A DNA stretch of 64,000 nt from Promethearchaeota archaeon. GTDB lineage: Archaea; Asgardarchaeota; Hermodarchaeia; Hermodarchaeales; Hermodarchaeaceae. Positions 20,154 to 29,610 of the stretch are shown piece by piece; the first letter of the stretch is position 1; every line of letters begins with the position of its first letter. Location of the stretch: assembly GCA_048939625.1 (NCBI GenBank), contig JBHLPH010000004.1, forward strand, positions 57,473 through 121,472. The letters run 5' to 3'. The notes beneath the pieces were generated by a model. That model did not search any database, was not told where the DNA came from, and saw nothing but the letters and a program-made list of their open reading frames with translations. Made by a program: the position numbers and the translations under genes.

Positions 20154-20181
20154 CAGAAGAGAGGGAAGGTGCAACCTGGTA

Positions 20182-21867
20182 ATGAAAAAAACAATCACTC
20201 GTGCAAATAAGGTTCATGTAATTCTCACCCTAAAATCTAAAAGTGGAAAATCTCTGTTTAAAAAGAAAAAACTCCTTCATGAAGATTTCAAAGATTATGA
20301 TCCTCACCCTGATTCAATGAATGCAGTGATTACCTGGCTCAAAAAAGATGATTGCAAGATTACAGCAAAGGGTTATTTTAGCCTAGCTTTCACTGCGTCA
20401 AAATCCTTTGTCGATAAATACTTTGACGGAGGAAAAGCAATTCCCGTCGAGTTGAAAGAACATGTGGAAAAGAGTGTATTGTCACCAATTTGGAAACTGA
20501 GAAACGCAGAACCAACTCCCCCTAGACTTGATCCTGGTGAACTTTCAGTACCGTCCCCAATCGCTGAACTGGTAAATGCAGATAGTAAACATAGAGAAGG
20601 AATTGTTGGAAGAGGAGTGCATGTTGTTGTAGTTGATACAGGCTTTTGGACTCTTAATCACCCCCAATTTCATCCTTATTATAATGCCACACTTAAGGAT
20701 CAAGTGCGGAAGCAAATTGACGTTATACCTTTGAGAACCGAGTGGGACAAAGCAGAAGACTGGCTTTCTCATGGAACAGCTCTCTGTTCTACACTATTTG
20801 CGGTTGCGCCAGGGATTAGACTCACCATGATTAAGACAGCAAGTGTTTCAAGTGTTGTTCCAGCAACAGGAGAACCCATTGATAGCGAGGGGCCGTATAT
20901 TGTTGAGGGGATTTTGAAAGCAATTCAGTTGGAAGACCAGGCGGATATTCTGTTGGTTTGTGCAGGACCAAATGAGAAGGATGTGGATAGGAATGGAGAG
21001 GAGAGAAGAATAGTGGAGCTTGCTTTAATCACACTAATTAATCGAGGAGTTGTTGTTATCTTTCCATCTGGAAATTATGTATGGGAAACCGAGGATGGTC
21101 AAAGAATCGATGAAGGTGTTGTCGTGTGGCCTTCAACTCATCCAGATGTAATTTCTGTTGGTGGGGCTTCTCCCCCAGGAATAGCTGGTCCAGCTAATAA
21201 AGGGTGGTTTGCTTCACCTGTTGCATCGAGTGGTGAATCAGTGTTATACCCTCCTCGCCATGTCCCAGATATTTGCGGCTTGTGTGGAAATCTCATACGA
21301 GTAGCTGTACCAAATGGCCAAGGTGGCACACTTCAGGTTGGTGTAATGAAACCATTCATTGCAGTTCCAGTTCAGTATCAAAGTACTGATGATTTAATGC
21401 GGGTTCGTGATGCAACAGCCTTACCTCCTGTACTTGCTGACGGTTGGACTGTTAGTAACGGAACATCGCTTGCGGCGCCAATGGTTGCTGGCGTCGTTGC
21501 TTTAATGCTGCAAATCATTAATGACGCAGTTGGGTCATTACCGAGTACTTTTCGATCCAGTTATCGAACCCTTTTATCAAGATCTGATAAAAATAAATTA
21601 TCTTGGAACTCGGTTCGGGCATTCTTTCCAGGACTTATAAAGAAGATATTACAGAAGACTGCATATGATGTTAAAGAGGGAATAAGTGCTAATCTTGAAG
21701 CAGCTAGGCAAAATGAAGATCCTGCAACCGGTGTAGGACTCGTTGATGCTAAAAAGGCTTGTAATTTCCTTTCTGTAAATAGTATTTTGAATTTATTAAG
21801 GACTGATCCAACAATAATGCACCCCTATTTAGGAAGTTTTAGGCTTCCTGATGATTTCTTCCACTGA
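20182..21867 (+). CDS. S8 subtilisin-like serine protease with N-terminal prodomain, no obvious signal peptide
   Basis: VVVVDTG (Asp), HGT (His), SGN (oxyanion Asn), GTSLAAPMVAG (Ser). Confidence 0.92.
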   Translation: MKKTITRANKVHVILTLKSKSGKSLFKKKKLLHEDFKDYDPHPDSMNAVITWLKKDDCKITAKGYFSLAFTASKSFVDKYFDGGKAIPVELKEHVEKSVLSPIWKLRNAEPTPPRLDPGELSVPSPIAELVNADSKHREGIVGRGVHVVVVDTGFWTLNHPQFHPYYNATLKDQVRKQIDVIPLRTEWDKAEDWLSHGTALCSTLFAVAPGIRLTMIKTASVSSVVPATGEPIDSEGPYIVEGILKAIQLEDQADILLVCAGPNEKDVDRNGEERRIVELALITLINRGVVVIFPSGNYVWETEDGQRIDEGVVVWPSTHPDVISVGGASPPGIAGPANKGWFASPVASSGESVLYPPRHVPDICGLCGNLIRVAVPNGQGGTLQVGVMKPFIAVPVQYQSTDDLMRVRDATALPPVLADGWTVSNGTSLAAPMVAGVVALMLQIINDAVGSLPSTFRSSYRTLLSRSDKNKLSWNSVRAFFPGLIKKILQKTAYDVKEGISANLEAARQNEDPATGVGLVDAKKACNFLSVNSILNLLRTDPTIMHPYLGSFRLPDDFFH

Positions 21868-22095
21868 AGAACCTAAGCTACAATAGAACAATGGTACTTC
21901 TAGTGACGACCATACTTCAATAGGAAAGGCATTTCCTCCTTAGTCAGATTTCGGTTTTGTCGTATCAATATCTTTTGATGGAATTATTAGGTCGTTTTTC
22001 GTGGGAAAATTATCTTGGTTAAAGTCTAAAAGAATTGATGAGCAGGTGAGTAAACTTGATAATCCAGAAAAAGCCCTTAATTACAGGAGAAGGCT

Positions 22096-23067
22096 ATGGA
22101 CCTCATCGACAAACAAATTATTTTCGAGCTTCTGATTAGTTATCGCGCCTCGTACCAAGCTATCGCAGAAAAACTCAATTTATCTGTCAATGCTGTTAAA
22201 AAACGATTTGAGAAGTTAAAAAATGTTGGGATAATCCGCGGTGGAGTTTTAGTTCCAATGCCAGTGATGAAAGGAACTGAAGATTGGCTGGCATTATTAC
22301 GAATGGATGAAGCTACAGCTTCAGATGACAGTCTAGAAAAAATTGGGTCTCACGTACTAGTTCAATCGGGAAGCCTTCTGACAGATGGAAGCATCCTCTG
22401 TTTCGGGTTCTATGGCGGAGCACAAGATCTTCAGGAGATAGGGGCTTTTCTCCGCCAAGTTCAAGGTGTCAAATCTGTGGAATTTCATACAATTCTAGCA
22501 CCACAAGGAAAGAAGACTGATTTGGCGAAGAACGATGTAAAGGTACTCCGATGTCTTCGGGAAGCCCCCCGAATCCCGATTAGCAAAATTACTGAAAAAA
22601 CAGGTATAAATTCAAGACGAGTTCGGAATATTCTGCAAAAATTAATTGGAGAAAACGGAGTCGAACCGATCTATTATATTAATTGGAAATCTCAAGGAAA
22701 AACTCATCCGAATGATGTTAGTTTCTTAGTGAGAGTTCATTGGAACCTAAATGCGGGTGGTTATACTGCCTTTATGATTCAGATTCGACACAAGGAAGGT
22801 GTGGAAGAAAGGAAAAAAATTACTGATATTCTGACAGATAATTATTCTTTCGAGTTTTGGTATGCCTATGCTTCTGCATTTGAGCCCGTGATATTCTGTG
22901 TGTTCTTGGTTGAGCACATGAGGGATTCGATAGAAATTGTAAAAACAGTAGAGCAGATTCCTCAAGCAGTTGAGGTGTATCCGATTTTCGGGTATCCTAC
23001 GAAGGTTTTTCGTAGTCAGGTTGATGATTATTTTGAAGGAATTTTCGAGAATATTGATCAGTACTGA
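22096..23067 (+). CDS. Tandem (double) Lrp/AsnC-type transcriptional regulator, paralog 1
   Basis: N-terminal AsnC HTH (DKQII.EL...RASYQAIAEKLNLSVNAVKKR) and second HTH (DVKVLRCLREAPRIPISKI). Confidence 0.85.
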   Translation: MDLIDKQIIFELLISYRASYQAIAEKLNLSVNAVKKRFEKLKNVGIIRGGVLVPMPVMKGTEDWLALLRMDEATASDDSLEKIGSHVLVQSGSLLTDGSILCFGFYGGAQDLQEIGAFLRQVQGVKSVEFHTILAPQGKKTDLAKNDVKVLRCLREAPRIPISKITEKTGINSRRVRNILQKLIGENGVEPIYYINWKSQGKTHPNDVSFLVRVHWNLNAGGYTAFMIQIRHKEGVEERKKITDILTDNYSFEFWYAYASAFEPVIFCVFLVEHMRDSIEIVKTVEQIPQAVEVYPIFGYPTKVFRSQVDDYFEGIFENIDQY

Positions 23068-23163
23068 TGTATTTTGGAGTGATAATTGTAATTTCCGAAT
23101 ATGAAGTGCCTAGTAATTAGAGCTCTGTCCCTGGCTTCAAGGTATATGGGGTTTACAATTGTG

Positions 23164-23253
23164 TAAGAGGAAAGCCGGGCCCTGGTTGTCCACCGGTGCC
23201 CCAGAGGCCCGACACGCCGTTTGTCGAACCTCAGGTCCGGTTTCCACCCATCC
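23164..23253 (-). other. Structured 3' RNA of peptide unit U1
   Basis: Arms GCCGGGCCCTGG (23174-23185) and CCAGAGGCCCGAC (23201-23213), then a pyrimidine tract on the minus strand. Confidence 0.55.
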
Positions 23254-23397
23254 TCAGCGAATCATAAGCGGAAGTGCCTGTTCGAGACGTGGACCTGCTC
23301 GGGGATTGGTTCGACATCCAGCAAATAATCGCTCTGCACAGGTCATGCGAGCGACGTGAGCGTGATGATGAAGTTTCCGAGCGGTTTTCTTCTTCAT
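23254..23397 (-). CDS. Basic peptide U1 (47 aa), novel family
   Basis: MKKKTARKLHHHAHVARMTCAERLFAGCRTNPRAGPRLEQALPLMIR; GGAGGT SD; homologous to U2 and U3. Confidence 0.8.
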   Translation of the reverse strand: MKKKTARKLHHHAHVARMTCAERLFAGCRTNPRAGPRLEQALPLMIR

Positions 23398-23446
23398 GTT
23401 GCGTGTACCTCCAAGGTTGTGTTTAACGAAACAGGGATACGGAAAA

Positions 23447-23534
23447 TTAGATATGAATCGATGGGAGCCAATGAGTGCAAGAACAAGCAAAATGAGCAGT
23501 ATTAATGCCTCATTTTGCACAATGTAGTGTAAAG
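23447..23534 (-). promoter_or_regulatory. Shared promoter/operator, copy 1
   Basis: TCGATGGGAGC 23458, AGTGCAAGA 23474, TTTTGCAC-N6-GTGTAAAG 23513-23534. Confidence 0.75.
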
Positions 23535-23581
23535 TTCGAAAAATACTGCTTCAGAATATGAATAGAGGTATCTTGTAGTTG

Positions 23582-23926
23582 TTAGATCCAGCCACGGAAT
23601 TTGGCCAGAATCCACAGAATAGCAAAAGGAGCGATAACCATAAGTTCAATTTGTAAAACAATAATGAAATCCCCTACAGAGGTAGAACCATAGATACTAG
23701 AAGTGGCCACCCCACAGAAGAACGCATTATACCAAACGAAACACATATCAACTATTGTGAAAAGCGCGGCGAGTGTTCCACCCAGATCAAAAAGCCGACA
23801 CCCTTTATTCTTCAGGATACTGAAAATTTGATAAAGTCTTAAGCGAGAATCCTGTGCTTTTCGGGTCGCATTCTGTAAAGTAACAGGTTTGGAACCATTT
23901 GGTTTCTGATTATTAGGGAAAGCCAT
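23582..23926 (-). CDS. Small membrane protein U4 (114 aa, two C-terminal hydrophobic segments)
   Basis: MAFPNNQKP...; GGAG SD; start region identical over 14 nt to U2; shared promoter upstream (ORF track starts at 23983). Confidence 0.7.
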   Translation of the reverse strand: MAFPNNQKPNGSKPVTLQNATRKAQDSRLRLYQIFSILKNKGCRLFDLGGTLAALFTIVDMCFVWYNAFFCGVATSSIYGSTSVGDFIIVLQIELMVIAPFAILWILAKFRGWI

Positions 23927-24000
23927 TTTTGTTCTCCATCCAATTTCGTTGAATTCACCCGAAGACCCGTTCGGGCGTTTCATGCCATTAAAGGTTGATT

Positions 24001-24089
24001 TTACATATCAATCAATGGGAATTAAATCATGCAAAAAAATCGAAGCTACTTAAGGAAAAACTCCTTTTTTTGCGATAGGGGGTTCAAAA
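24001..24089 (-). promoter_or_regulatory. Shared promoter/operator, copy 4
   Basis: TCAATGGGAAT 24012, CATGCAAAA 24028, TTTTGCGA-N6-GTTCAAAA 24068-24089. Confidence 0.65.
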
Positions 24090-24300
24090 AAAGAATCTAT
24101 CTGCTATTAATTTCCATTTGATTAATCTAAGAGGTTCAAAAGTACTAACCATCTTCTTTTTGGAGCAGTTTAATAAAATGTGAATACTGCTTCTTCTTTA
24201 GGCAATTGCAGGAAAAAAAGTCGCTTATCTTGAATTTCAGAATCTAATGTGTTAAGGCTTATAAGGGATTAGAGAGGTTTAGCAGTCGGAGGGTTAAACC

Positions 24301-24429
24301 CTGTCATCAACGTGGTTAAACAATCCTTGGCTGATTGTTCAAGACCCCGGATTTCCCATAATGACGACTATCCTGATTCTCGTGATTATTATCTTAATCA
24401 TTGAAATCTATAAAGTCAGGAAGGATTAG
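24301..24429 (+). CDS. Putative single-TM leader peptide B (42 aa from CTG; internal ATG at 24361 gives 22 aa)
   Basis: (L)SSTWLNNPWLIVQDPGFPIMTTILILVIIILIIEIYKVRKD; GGAGGG 7 nt upstream; TATA-like CTTATAAG at 24258. Confidence 0.6.
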   Translation: MSSTWLNNPWLIVQDPGFPIMTTILILVIIILIIEIYKVRKD

Positions 24430-24471
24430 GTATTCGGGATTCTGATTCGAATTAGTCATATAGGGAACCAC

Positions 24472-24506
24472 GGGAGTTTTATCAACTCCCTCTCCCTCCT
24501 TTTTTT
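24472..24506 (+). terminator. Hairpin + anti-SD tract + T7 terminator/attenuator before the gingipain
   Basis: GGGAGTT/AACTCCC stem, TCTCCCTCC, TTTTTTT (24500-24506). Confidence 0.65.
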
Positions 24507-24643
24507 CAATAGGTTCGAGGTTTTTTCAAACTAAAATTGCCTTTGAATCCAGAGAAGCGAAGATAGTGAGTTTTCCCATATGAAAATAAATAGAATAAAG
24601 ATTACCAATATCAGGATTTGAATTTAGACCTTGAGGGAGAATC

Positions 24644-27600
24644 ATGAGTAGATTTCCTTTGGGCTTAAGTTACGTATTTATTATCATTTTAATTTGCCCT
24701 TCAATCCTAATGCAACCATATTCACCATTGCTTCTTGAAGACTATCCCTATAGTACTCCGAAAGACGCGGAATTTTGTACAGAACCACTAGCTTCCGCAC
24801 ATTTATCTACCTCTAAGCGAGCTTTGCCTATTCAGGGTGGTTCTTGGGTACAATTTCATTCTGAAGCAGAAATCGGGGGAGAGCCAGAGATAACACTTCT
24901 TTCGTCAGATACGATCCGATTAGTAGTCTTACTAGAGTGCCCAGGAATGTGGCGAGATGACATTATATTAAATCATACTGTGTATGACAGACTTGAAATC
25001 ATTTCAGCAGAGTCAACCGCCGATGTTGGTAATCCGAACATCCCTGTTCTGACAAAGATGCTAGAAGTTCCTTATGACATTGATGTTTCAGTCGAACTTC
25101 TCGATTCAGAATATCAGGATTTATCGGATTACCATATTGCACCTAGGCAAGAGTTAGTTTATCCTACTCCATCAATAACGTACCCAAGATTCTTCATTAA
25201 CACAACAGTCTATAACCAGAATTCGTTTTATCCAACCTCACTGACTTGGATTGAAGGAAGTCTAGCAGCGAATCCCATTGTAATCCGTGGCCATCGAATA
25301 ATCACATTGCACTTAGCTCCACTCCAATTTAACCCAGATAGACATATTTGTCGAGTATTTTCAAAGATCAAAGTGGCTGTACGATTTGCCCGACCAGCAG
25401 CAATTGAACCAATAAGTTCTCGGCTTCAGAGCTCGGCTTTTGAGGGAATATTAGAGAATTATCTTCTGAATTATCCTCATGGATTTTACAGCGGACTCTC
25501 AACATTACAGAATACTACTCCTTGGATTCCTCCGATTTGGACAATTCTCCCACCGTCAAAACAGATGCCCACGAGCGGATGCGAGTATCTTATTATTTCC
25601 CATGATGATTTTGTCGAGAAAGTTAGACCATTAGCAAACTGGAAGATTCAGAAAGGCATAACGACAAAACTCATTTCGATTACTGGGGTTTTTAATGAGT
25701 TAAACTGGGTAGTAACGTCTGATCCAGATACTATTAGGAGTGCAGTTTCAGAATACATTCAGTGGGCATACAATAGCTGGGATTTAGTACCAACTTATGC
25801 CCTCCTTGTTGGAGATGAAGCACATATTCCTCCACATTATATGACAATTCATCCACAGTATCTTACATTGAGTCCAACGGACTTAGGATACTTTCAGCTC
25901 GATGGACCCGATTATCTCCCGGAAATGCTGCATGGGCGACTTTCCGTTGACTCTGATACTCAAGCTGAAACCTTTGTCAATAAAATTCTTCAATACGAAC
26001 AGAATGGCGTAACTGATCCAACGGGTAATTTTTATAACAGAATCTGCGCTAGCGCATACTTCCAAGATAGAGATAATAATGGACAAGAAGATCCTGCATT
26101 TCGTCTAACTCAAACTGCTGAAAAGTTTCGAGAGTATGTAACCTCACGTTCGAATCCTTATGATGTGGACTATTTCTATGTTGCAGGAGCGTACAACTTG
26201 GACCCCTTTGCCATTACTCCCTCAACCTATGAAGATGGAACACCCCTTGATTCAAGTTTAGCAGGCCATGATTGGTTCCATCATTTTACACAAGCACAGA
26301 ATGTCATCGATACAATCAACCTTGGATCGTTTTTGCTATTCAATCTTGGCCATGGAGAATCGCGGAATTTTTACCGTCAATCGAATGGCACTTTTGGTCC
26401 ATTTGATGGTTGGCAGTATCCACCCTTTGTAACAGACCAGTTTCACCTGTTGACAAACGGAGACAAACTACCCGTAGTTCTGAGTTTAGATTGTAATACA
26501 GGCTGGTTTGATGAAGCCTACGATTATAGTCCAGCAAATTACGAATCCTTCTCCGAAGAGATTACCAGAAAGGCTGGCGGTGGTGCTGTTGCAGCACTTG
26601 GGGCTTCACGGCCCGTTCAGGCACCCGTGAGCGCGTTAATGCTGGAGGGAATTGCTGATGCAATTTGGGCTGATTATGATGGAAATATCGCCACAGGTGG
26701 TTTGAATAATTTGGGACAGATCATCCACTATAGCAAGATGCTAGTTATGGAACAATGGGGATATTTGGGTGAAGAATTGTGTTCTGTAAATACATTTGAA
26801 CTCTACCACCTTTTTGGAGATCCAGAGATGCCATTATGGACGCAAGAGCCTGAGGATCTGGAGGTTTATTATCCAACACATATTGGCATGGAGGGAGAGC
26901 AACGCTTTGTTGTCCAAGTGACTCGGAGCGGATTTCCTATTGGTTCAGCAAGAGTCTGTCTTCAAAAAGGCGGAGAGTTATATGCAGTGAATTTCACGGA
27001 TTCTAGAGGTTATGCGTATTTTTCAGTTAATCCCATAACAAGTGGATCTATGAATTTGACCGTGACAGCTAAGAACCATCTTCCATATACCACAGTAATT
27101 TTCGTTACCAGTGGTGGAGGAGTTCAGTTAAGTCGAGCCTCTGGGGCTGGAGAAACCACGATTACTATCACTGGAACAAAATTTACAAGTGCTAATATGG
27201 TCCATCTCTTCATAGGAAACCCATGGGAAGAAGAGGGAAGTGGTCAGGTACCTGTGGATGGGAGAGTTGAATTCACCTATACAATTCCAAGTGAACAAAC
27301 AGAACCACTGAATTTTTGGCTCCGTGAAATCCAAGTTATAAGTATTGATCCTCCGATTATTTTCACAGTCCGTGCCGGCGTTTCCTATTACTCACCGTAT
27401 TTTGAAGCTCCAGATTTGTATACCTATTGTCAATGGAATGAAGAAACATGGCATTTGAATCCTAAAGGATCATCTGCCAATGAGAATCCCTGTTGGGATA
27501 ATCCTTCGATAGAGGTGAAAGATGATCAGGGAAATGTAGTTACATCAGGAAACTTACAAATTGGTTCTATCTATACTATTCATGCTGATATACACAACGC

Positions 27601-28243
27601 AGGACCAATTCATGCAAATAACGTCAAAGTGTTCTTCAACTGGTCTAGATGGGGAATTGGCCAAGTGACTTGGCATGCGATAGGAAATGACACAATTGAT
27701 GTCCTGCCTTGGGGTCAGTCGATGGCTGTAATGGTCTTTGTGCCAACTGTTGAAGACATGATTTGTATTCGAGTAGCAGTATCACATCCTGAAGATAGCA
27801 ATCCTTACAATGATTGGGGTGTTGAAAACACCTTAGCACTCTTCACTCCGGACCGCATCGGCATCGAATTGCCAGTCTTCAACCCAACTTCCAGAGAAAG
27901 CCATATGTTTATCCAATTGACTCAAGATAACATATTAGGTGCTTTGTGGACAGCATCAGTTGATCATATTTCAGATTCACAACTAGGACCAAGTGAATCA
28001 ACTAATATCATAATCAGTTTCGTTATCCCAGACGATGTTAGAGAAGGTGATATGCACAATTTCACAATAAACGCCTTTATCGAACAATATATCACAGGGG
28101 GAGTCAGTATTTGTCTAACGAAAAGACCGCCTCAATTAGTGATACCATGGCACCTAATCCTCCCGCTAATTGTTTTAGTGATTATCAGTATTATCATCGT
28201 ATTCGTTTTTAAGAAGCGCTTTCGAGAAAGTGATGAAAATTAG
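24644..28243 (+). CDS. C25 (gingipain) family cysteine peptidase, secreted, C-terminally membrane-anchored
   Basis: Signal-like N-terminus; propeptide (G.P..P); EYLII, YALLVGD, GRL, LGHG (His), SLDCNTG (Cys), LFGDP; Ig/CARDB-like domains; TM + KKR. Confidence 0.9.
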   Translation: MSRFPLGLSYVFIIILICPSILMQPYSPLLLEDYPYSTPKDAEFCTEPLASAHLSTSKRALPIQGGSWVQFHSEAEIGGEPEITLLSSDTIRLVVLLECPGMWRDDIILNHTVYDRLEIISAESTADVGNPNIPVLTKMLEVPYDIDVSVELLDSEYQDLSDYHIAPRQELVYPTPSITYPRFFINTTVYNQNSFYPTSLTWIEGSLAANPIVIRGHRIITLHLAPLQFNPDRHICRVFSKIKVAVRFARPAAIEPISSRLQSSAFEGILENYLLNYPHGFYSGLSTLQNTTPWIPPIWTILPPSKQMPTSGCEYLIISHDDFVEKVRPLANWKIQKGITTKLISITGVFNELNWVVTSDPDTIRSAVSEYIQWAYNSWDLVPTYALLVGDEAHIPPHYMTIHPQYLTLSPTDLGYFQLDGPDYLPEMLHGRLSVDSDTQAETFVNKILQYEQNGVTDPTGNFYNRICASAYFQDRDNNGQEDPAFRLTQTAEKFREYVTSRSNPYDVDYFYVAGAYNLDPFAITPSTYEDGTPLDSSLAGHDWFHHFTQAQNVIDTINLGSFLLFNLGHGESRNFYRQSNGTFGPFDGWQYPPFVTDQFHLLTNGDKLPVVLSLDCNTGWFDEAYDYSPANYESFSEEITRKAGGGAVAALGASRPVQAPVSALMLEGIADAIWADYDGNIATGGLNNLGQIIHYSKMLVMEQWGYLGEELCSVNTFELYHLFGDPEMPLWTQEPEDLEVYYPTHIGMEGEQRFVVQVTRSGFPIGSARVCLQKGGELYAVNFTDSRGYAYFSVNPITSGSMNLTVTAKNHLPYTTVIFVTSGGGVQLSRASGAGETTITITGTKFTSANMVHLFIGNPWEEEGSGQVPVDGRVEFTYTIPSEQTEPLNFWLREIQVISIDPPIIFTVRAGVSYYSPYFEAPDLYTYCQWNEETWHLNPKGSSANENPCWDNPSIEVKDDQGNVVTSGNLQIGSIYTIHADIHNAGPIHANNVKVFFNWSRWGIGQVTWHAIGNDTIDVLPWGQSMAVMVFVPTVEDMICIRVAVSHPEDSNPYNDWGVENTLALFTPDRIGIELPVFNPTSRESHMFIQLTQDNILGALWTASVDHISDSQLGPSESTNIIISFVIPDDVREGDMHNFTINAFIEQYITGGVSICLTKRPPQLVIPWHLILPLIVLVIISIIIVFVFKKRFRESDEN

Positions 28244-28311
28244 GATTTTTCAATAAGTGGAAAGAAAACAAATGTGCCATACTCTATTTATAGTCGTGAA
28301 GACCACAGAGT

Positions 28312-28327
28312 GTGGATTCGGACCTTT
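28312..28327 (+). promoter_or_regulatory. 16-nt element GTGGATTCGGACCTTT upstream of Lrp paralog 2
   Basis: Identical copy at 29510-29525; both lie 25 nt after a TTTAT box. Confidence 0.65.
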
Positions 28328-28409
28328 AGGGCGTTCTACAAGCAGAATGGAGTAAATTAGTGATTTAAGTTCTCCATATGACCTCAACATATACCTTAAC
28401 GTGATTGTT

Positions 28410-29378
28410 ATGGATCTGGTTGACAAGAACATTGTGTTCGAGCTTTCCGTCAATTATCGTGCTTCATATCAGACGATTGCCAAGAAACTAAATCTTTCTG
28501 TGAATGCTGTCAAGAAACGTATTGAGAAACTAAAGGAGAGTGGAATAATTCGGGGAGGTTTATTACTTCCAATGAATGCAATGTTGGGGATGGAAGATTG
28601 GATAGCCATTTTGCATACTAAAAACCCCACCCCTTCAAGTAATTTTCTTGACACATTGGGAAAACATCCATTGATGACTGCCGCAAGTATTCTTACAGAT
28701 GGAAGTATTTTGTGCCATGGGAGTTACTCAGGAGCATATGGTCTTCGAGATATTGGATCGTTTTTACGGCAGATACCTGAAGTGGACTCTGTAGATTTTC
28801 ATACACTTCTCTCTGTGCCAGGGAAACGTTGTGAATTATCAACTGCTGACTTGAAAGTCCTGAGATGTCTCTACGAAGAGCCTCGAATTTCTATTATAGA
28901 TATTTCTAAAAAAACTGGCCTTAGTCCTCGCCGGATTCGAATGAGCATACACGAATTAATAGGTGAAAACGGCTCCGAACCGGCTCTATACTTGGAGTGG
29001 GAGCCGAGGGGTGGTTCTCGTCCTGAAGAGGTTAGTTTTAAGGTTTCAATTCACTGGGATTTGAATGCTGGTGGATATACGGCATTCATTATGATGATTC
29101 GACACGAAGAGGGGAGTGTGTCACAGTCTAAGATTGTTAGAATGTTAAAAGAACAGTATCCAATGGATTTTTGGTATGCATATGCCTCGGCGTTTGAGCC
29201 TGTGATTTTTTGTATTTTTGTCGTTGAACACTTACGAGACGCTACAAACATTGCAAATACGATTCGGAAAATCCCTGAAGCGATTACTGCAAATACGATT
29301 TTTGGTTATCCAACTAAACGATATCGAAGTCCTATTGATGACTATTTTGAAGAACTTTTCAAGCAGATCGACGACTAA
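28410..29378 (+). CDS. Tandem Lrp/AsnC-type regulator, paralog 2
   Basis: Same two-HTH architecture; shared LTDGSILC, LNAGG, FWYAYASAFEPVIF. Confidence 0.87.
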   Translation: MDLVDKNIVFELSVNYRASYQTIAKKLNLSVNAVKKRIEKLKESGIIRGGLLLPMNAMLGMEDWIAILHTKNPTPSSNFLDTLGKHPLMTAASILTDGSILCHGSYSGAYGLRDIGSFLRQIPEVDSVDFHTLLSVPGKRCELSTADLKVLRCLYEEPRISIIDISKKTGLSPRRIRMSIHELIGENGSEPALYLEWEPRGGSRPEEVSFKVSIHWDLNAGGYTAFIMMIRHEEGSVSQSKIVRMLKEQYPMDFWYAYASAFEPVIFCIFVVEHLRDATNIANTIRKIPEAITANTIFGYPTKRYRSPIDDYFEELFKQIDD

Positions 29379-29509
29379 TTAGGGTTTTCACAACCTAATC
29401 GCTTTCCCTTCATTTTGCTTTACGTCTAATTTGATACTGATGTCATCAGTAGTTAGGGGGTCCTTTTAGGTGAGCCGAACAAATTTTATGCTTTAAAATA
29501 GTGGTGTAA

Positions 29510-29525
29510 GTGGATTCGGACCTTT
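29510..29525 (+). promoter_or_regulatory. 16-nt element GTGGATTCGGACCTTT upstream of Lrp paralog 3
   Basis: Identical to 28312-28327. Confidence 0.65.
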
Positions 29526-29610
29526 GAGACAGCATTGGGTGGTTTTGTTAAGACAATACAGTCTTCAAGCTACTATCCTGCTAGCTGCAAAAAGGCATTA
29601 AGTGGTGGCA

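Noticed and set aside
23254-23256. Selenocysteine read-through of the U1 TGA with a 3' SECIS
   Set aside because: The homologous positions are TAA and TAG in U2 and U3, so it is an ordinary stop
23159-23359. tRNA-like GGTTCGA motifs and a plus-strand ORF
   Set aside because: No cloverleaf could be built; the region is explained by U1 and its 3' structure
23398-23520. Hydrophobic signal-like N-terminal extension of U1 (ORF track 88 aa from GTG)
   Set aside because: It overlaps the conserved promoter/operator; the SD sits before the ATG at 23397; U2 and U3 lack such an extension
19979-24191. Recurrent AATACTGCT 9-mer (about 19979, 23495, 23542, 24183)
   Set aside because: No consistent position or orientation relative to genes; cannot be distinguished from chance by eye
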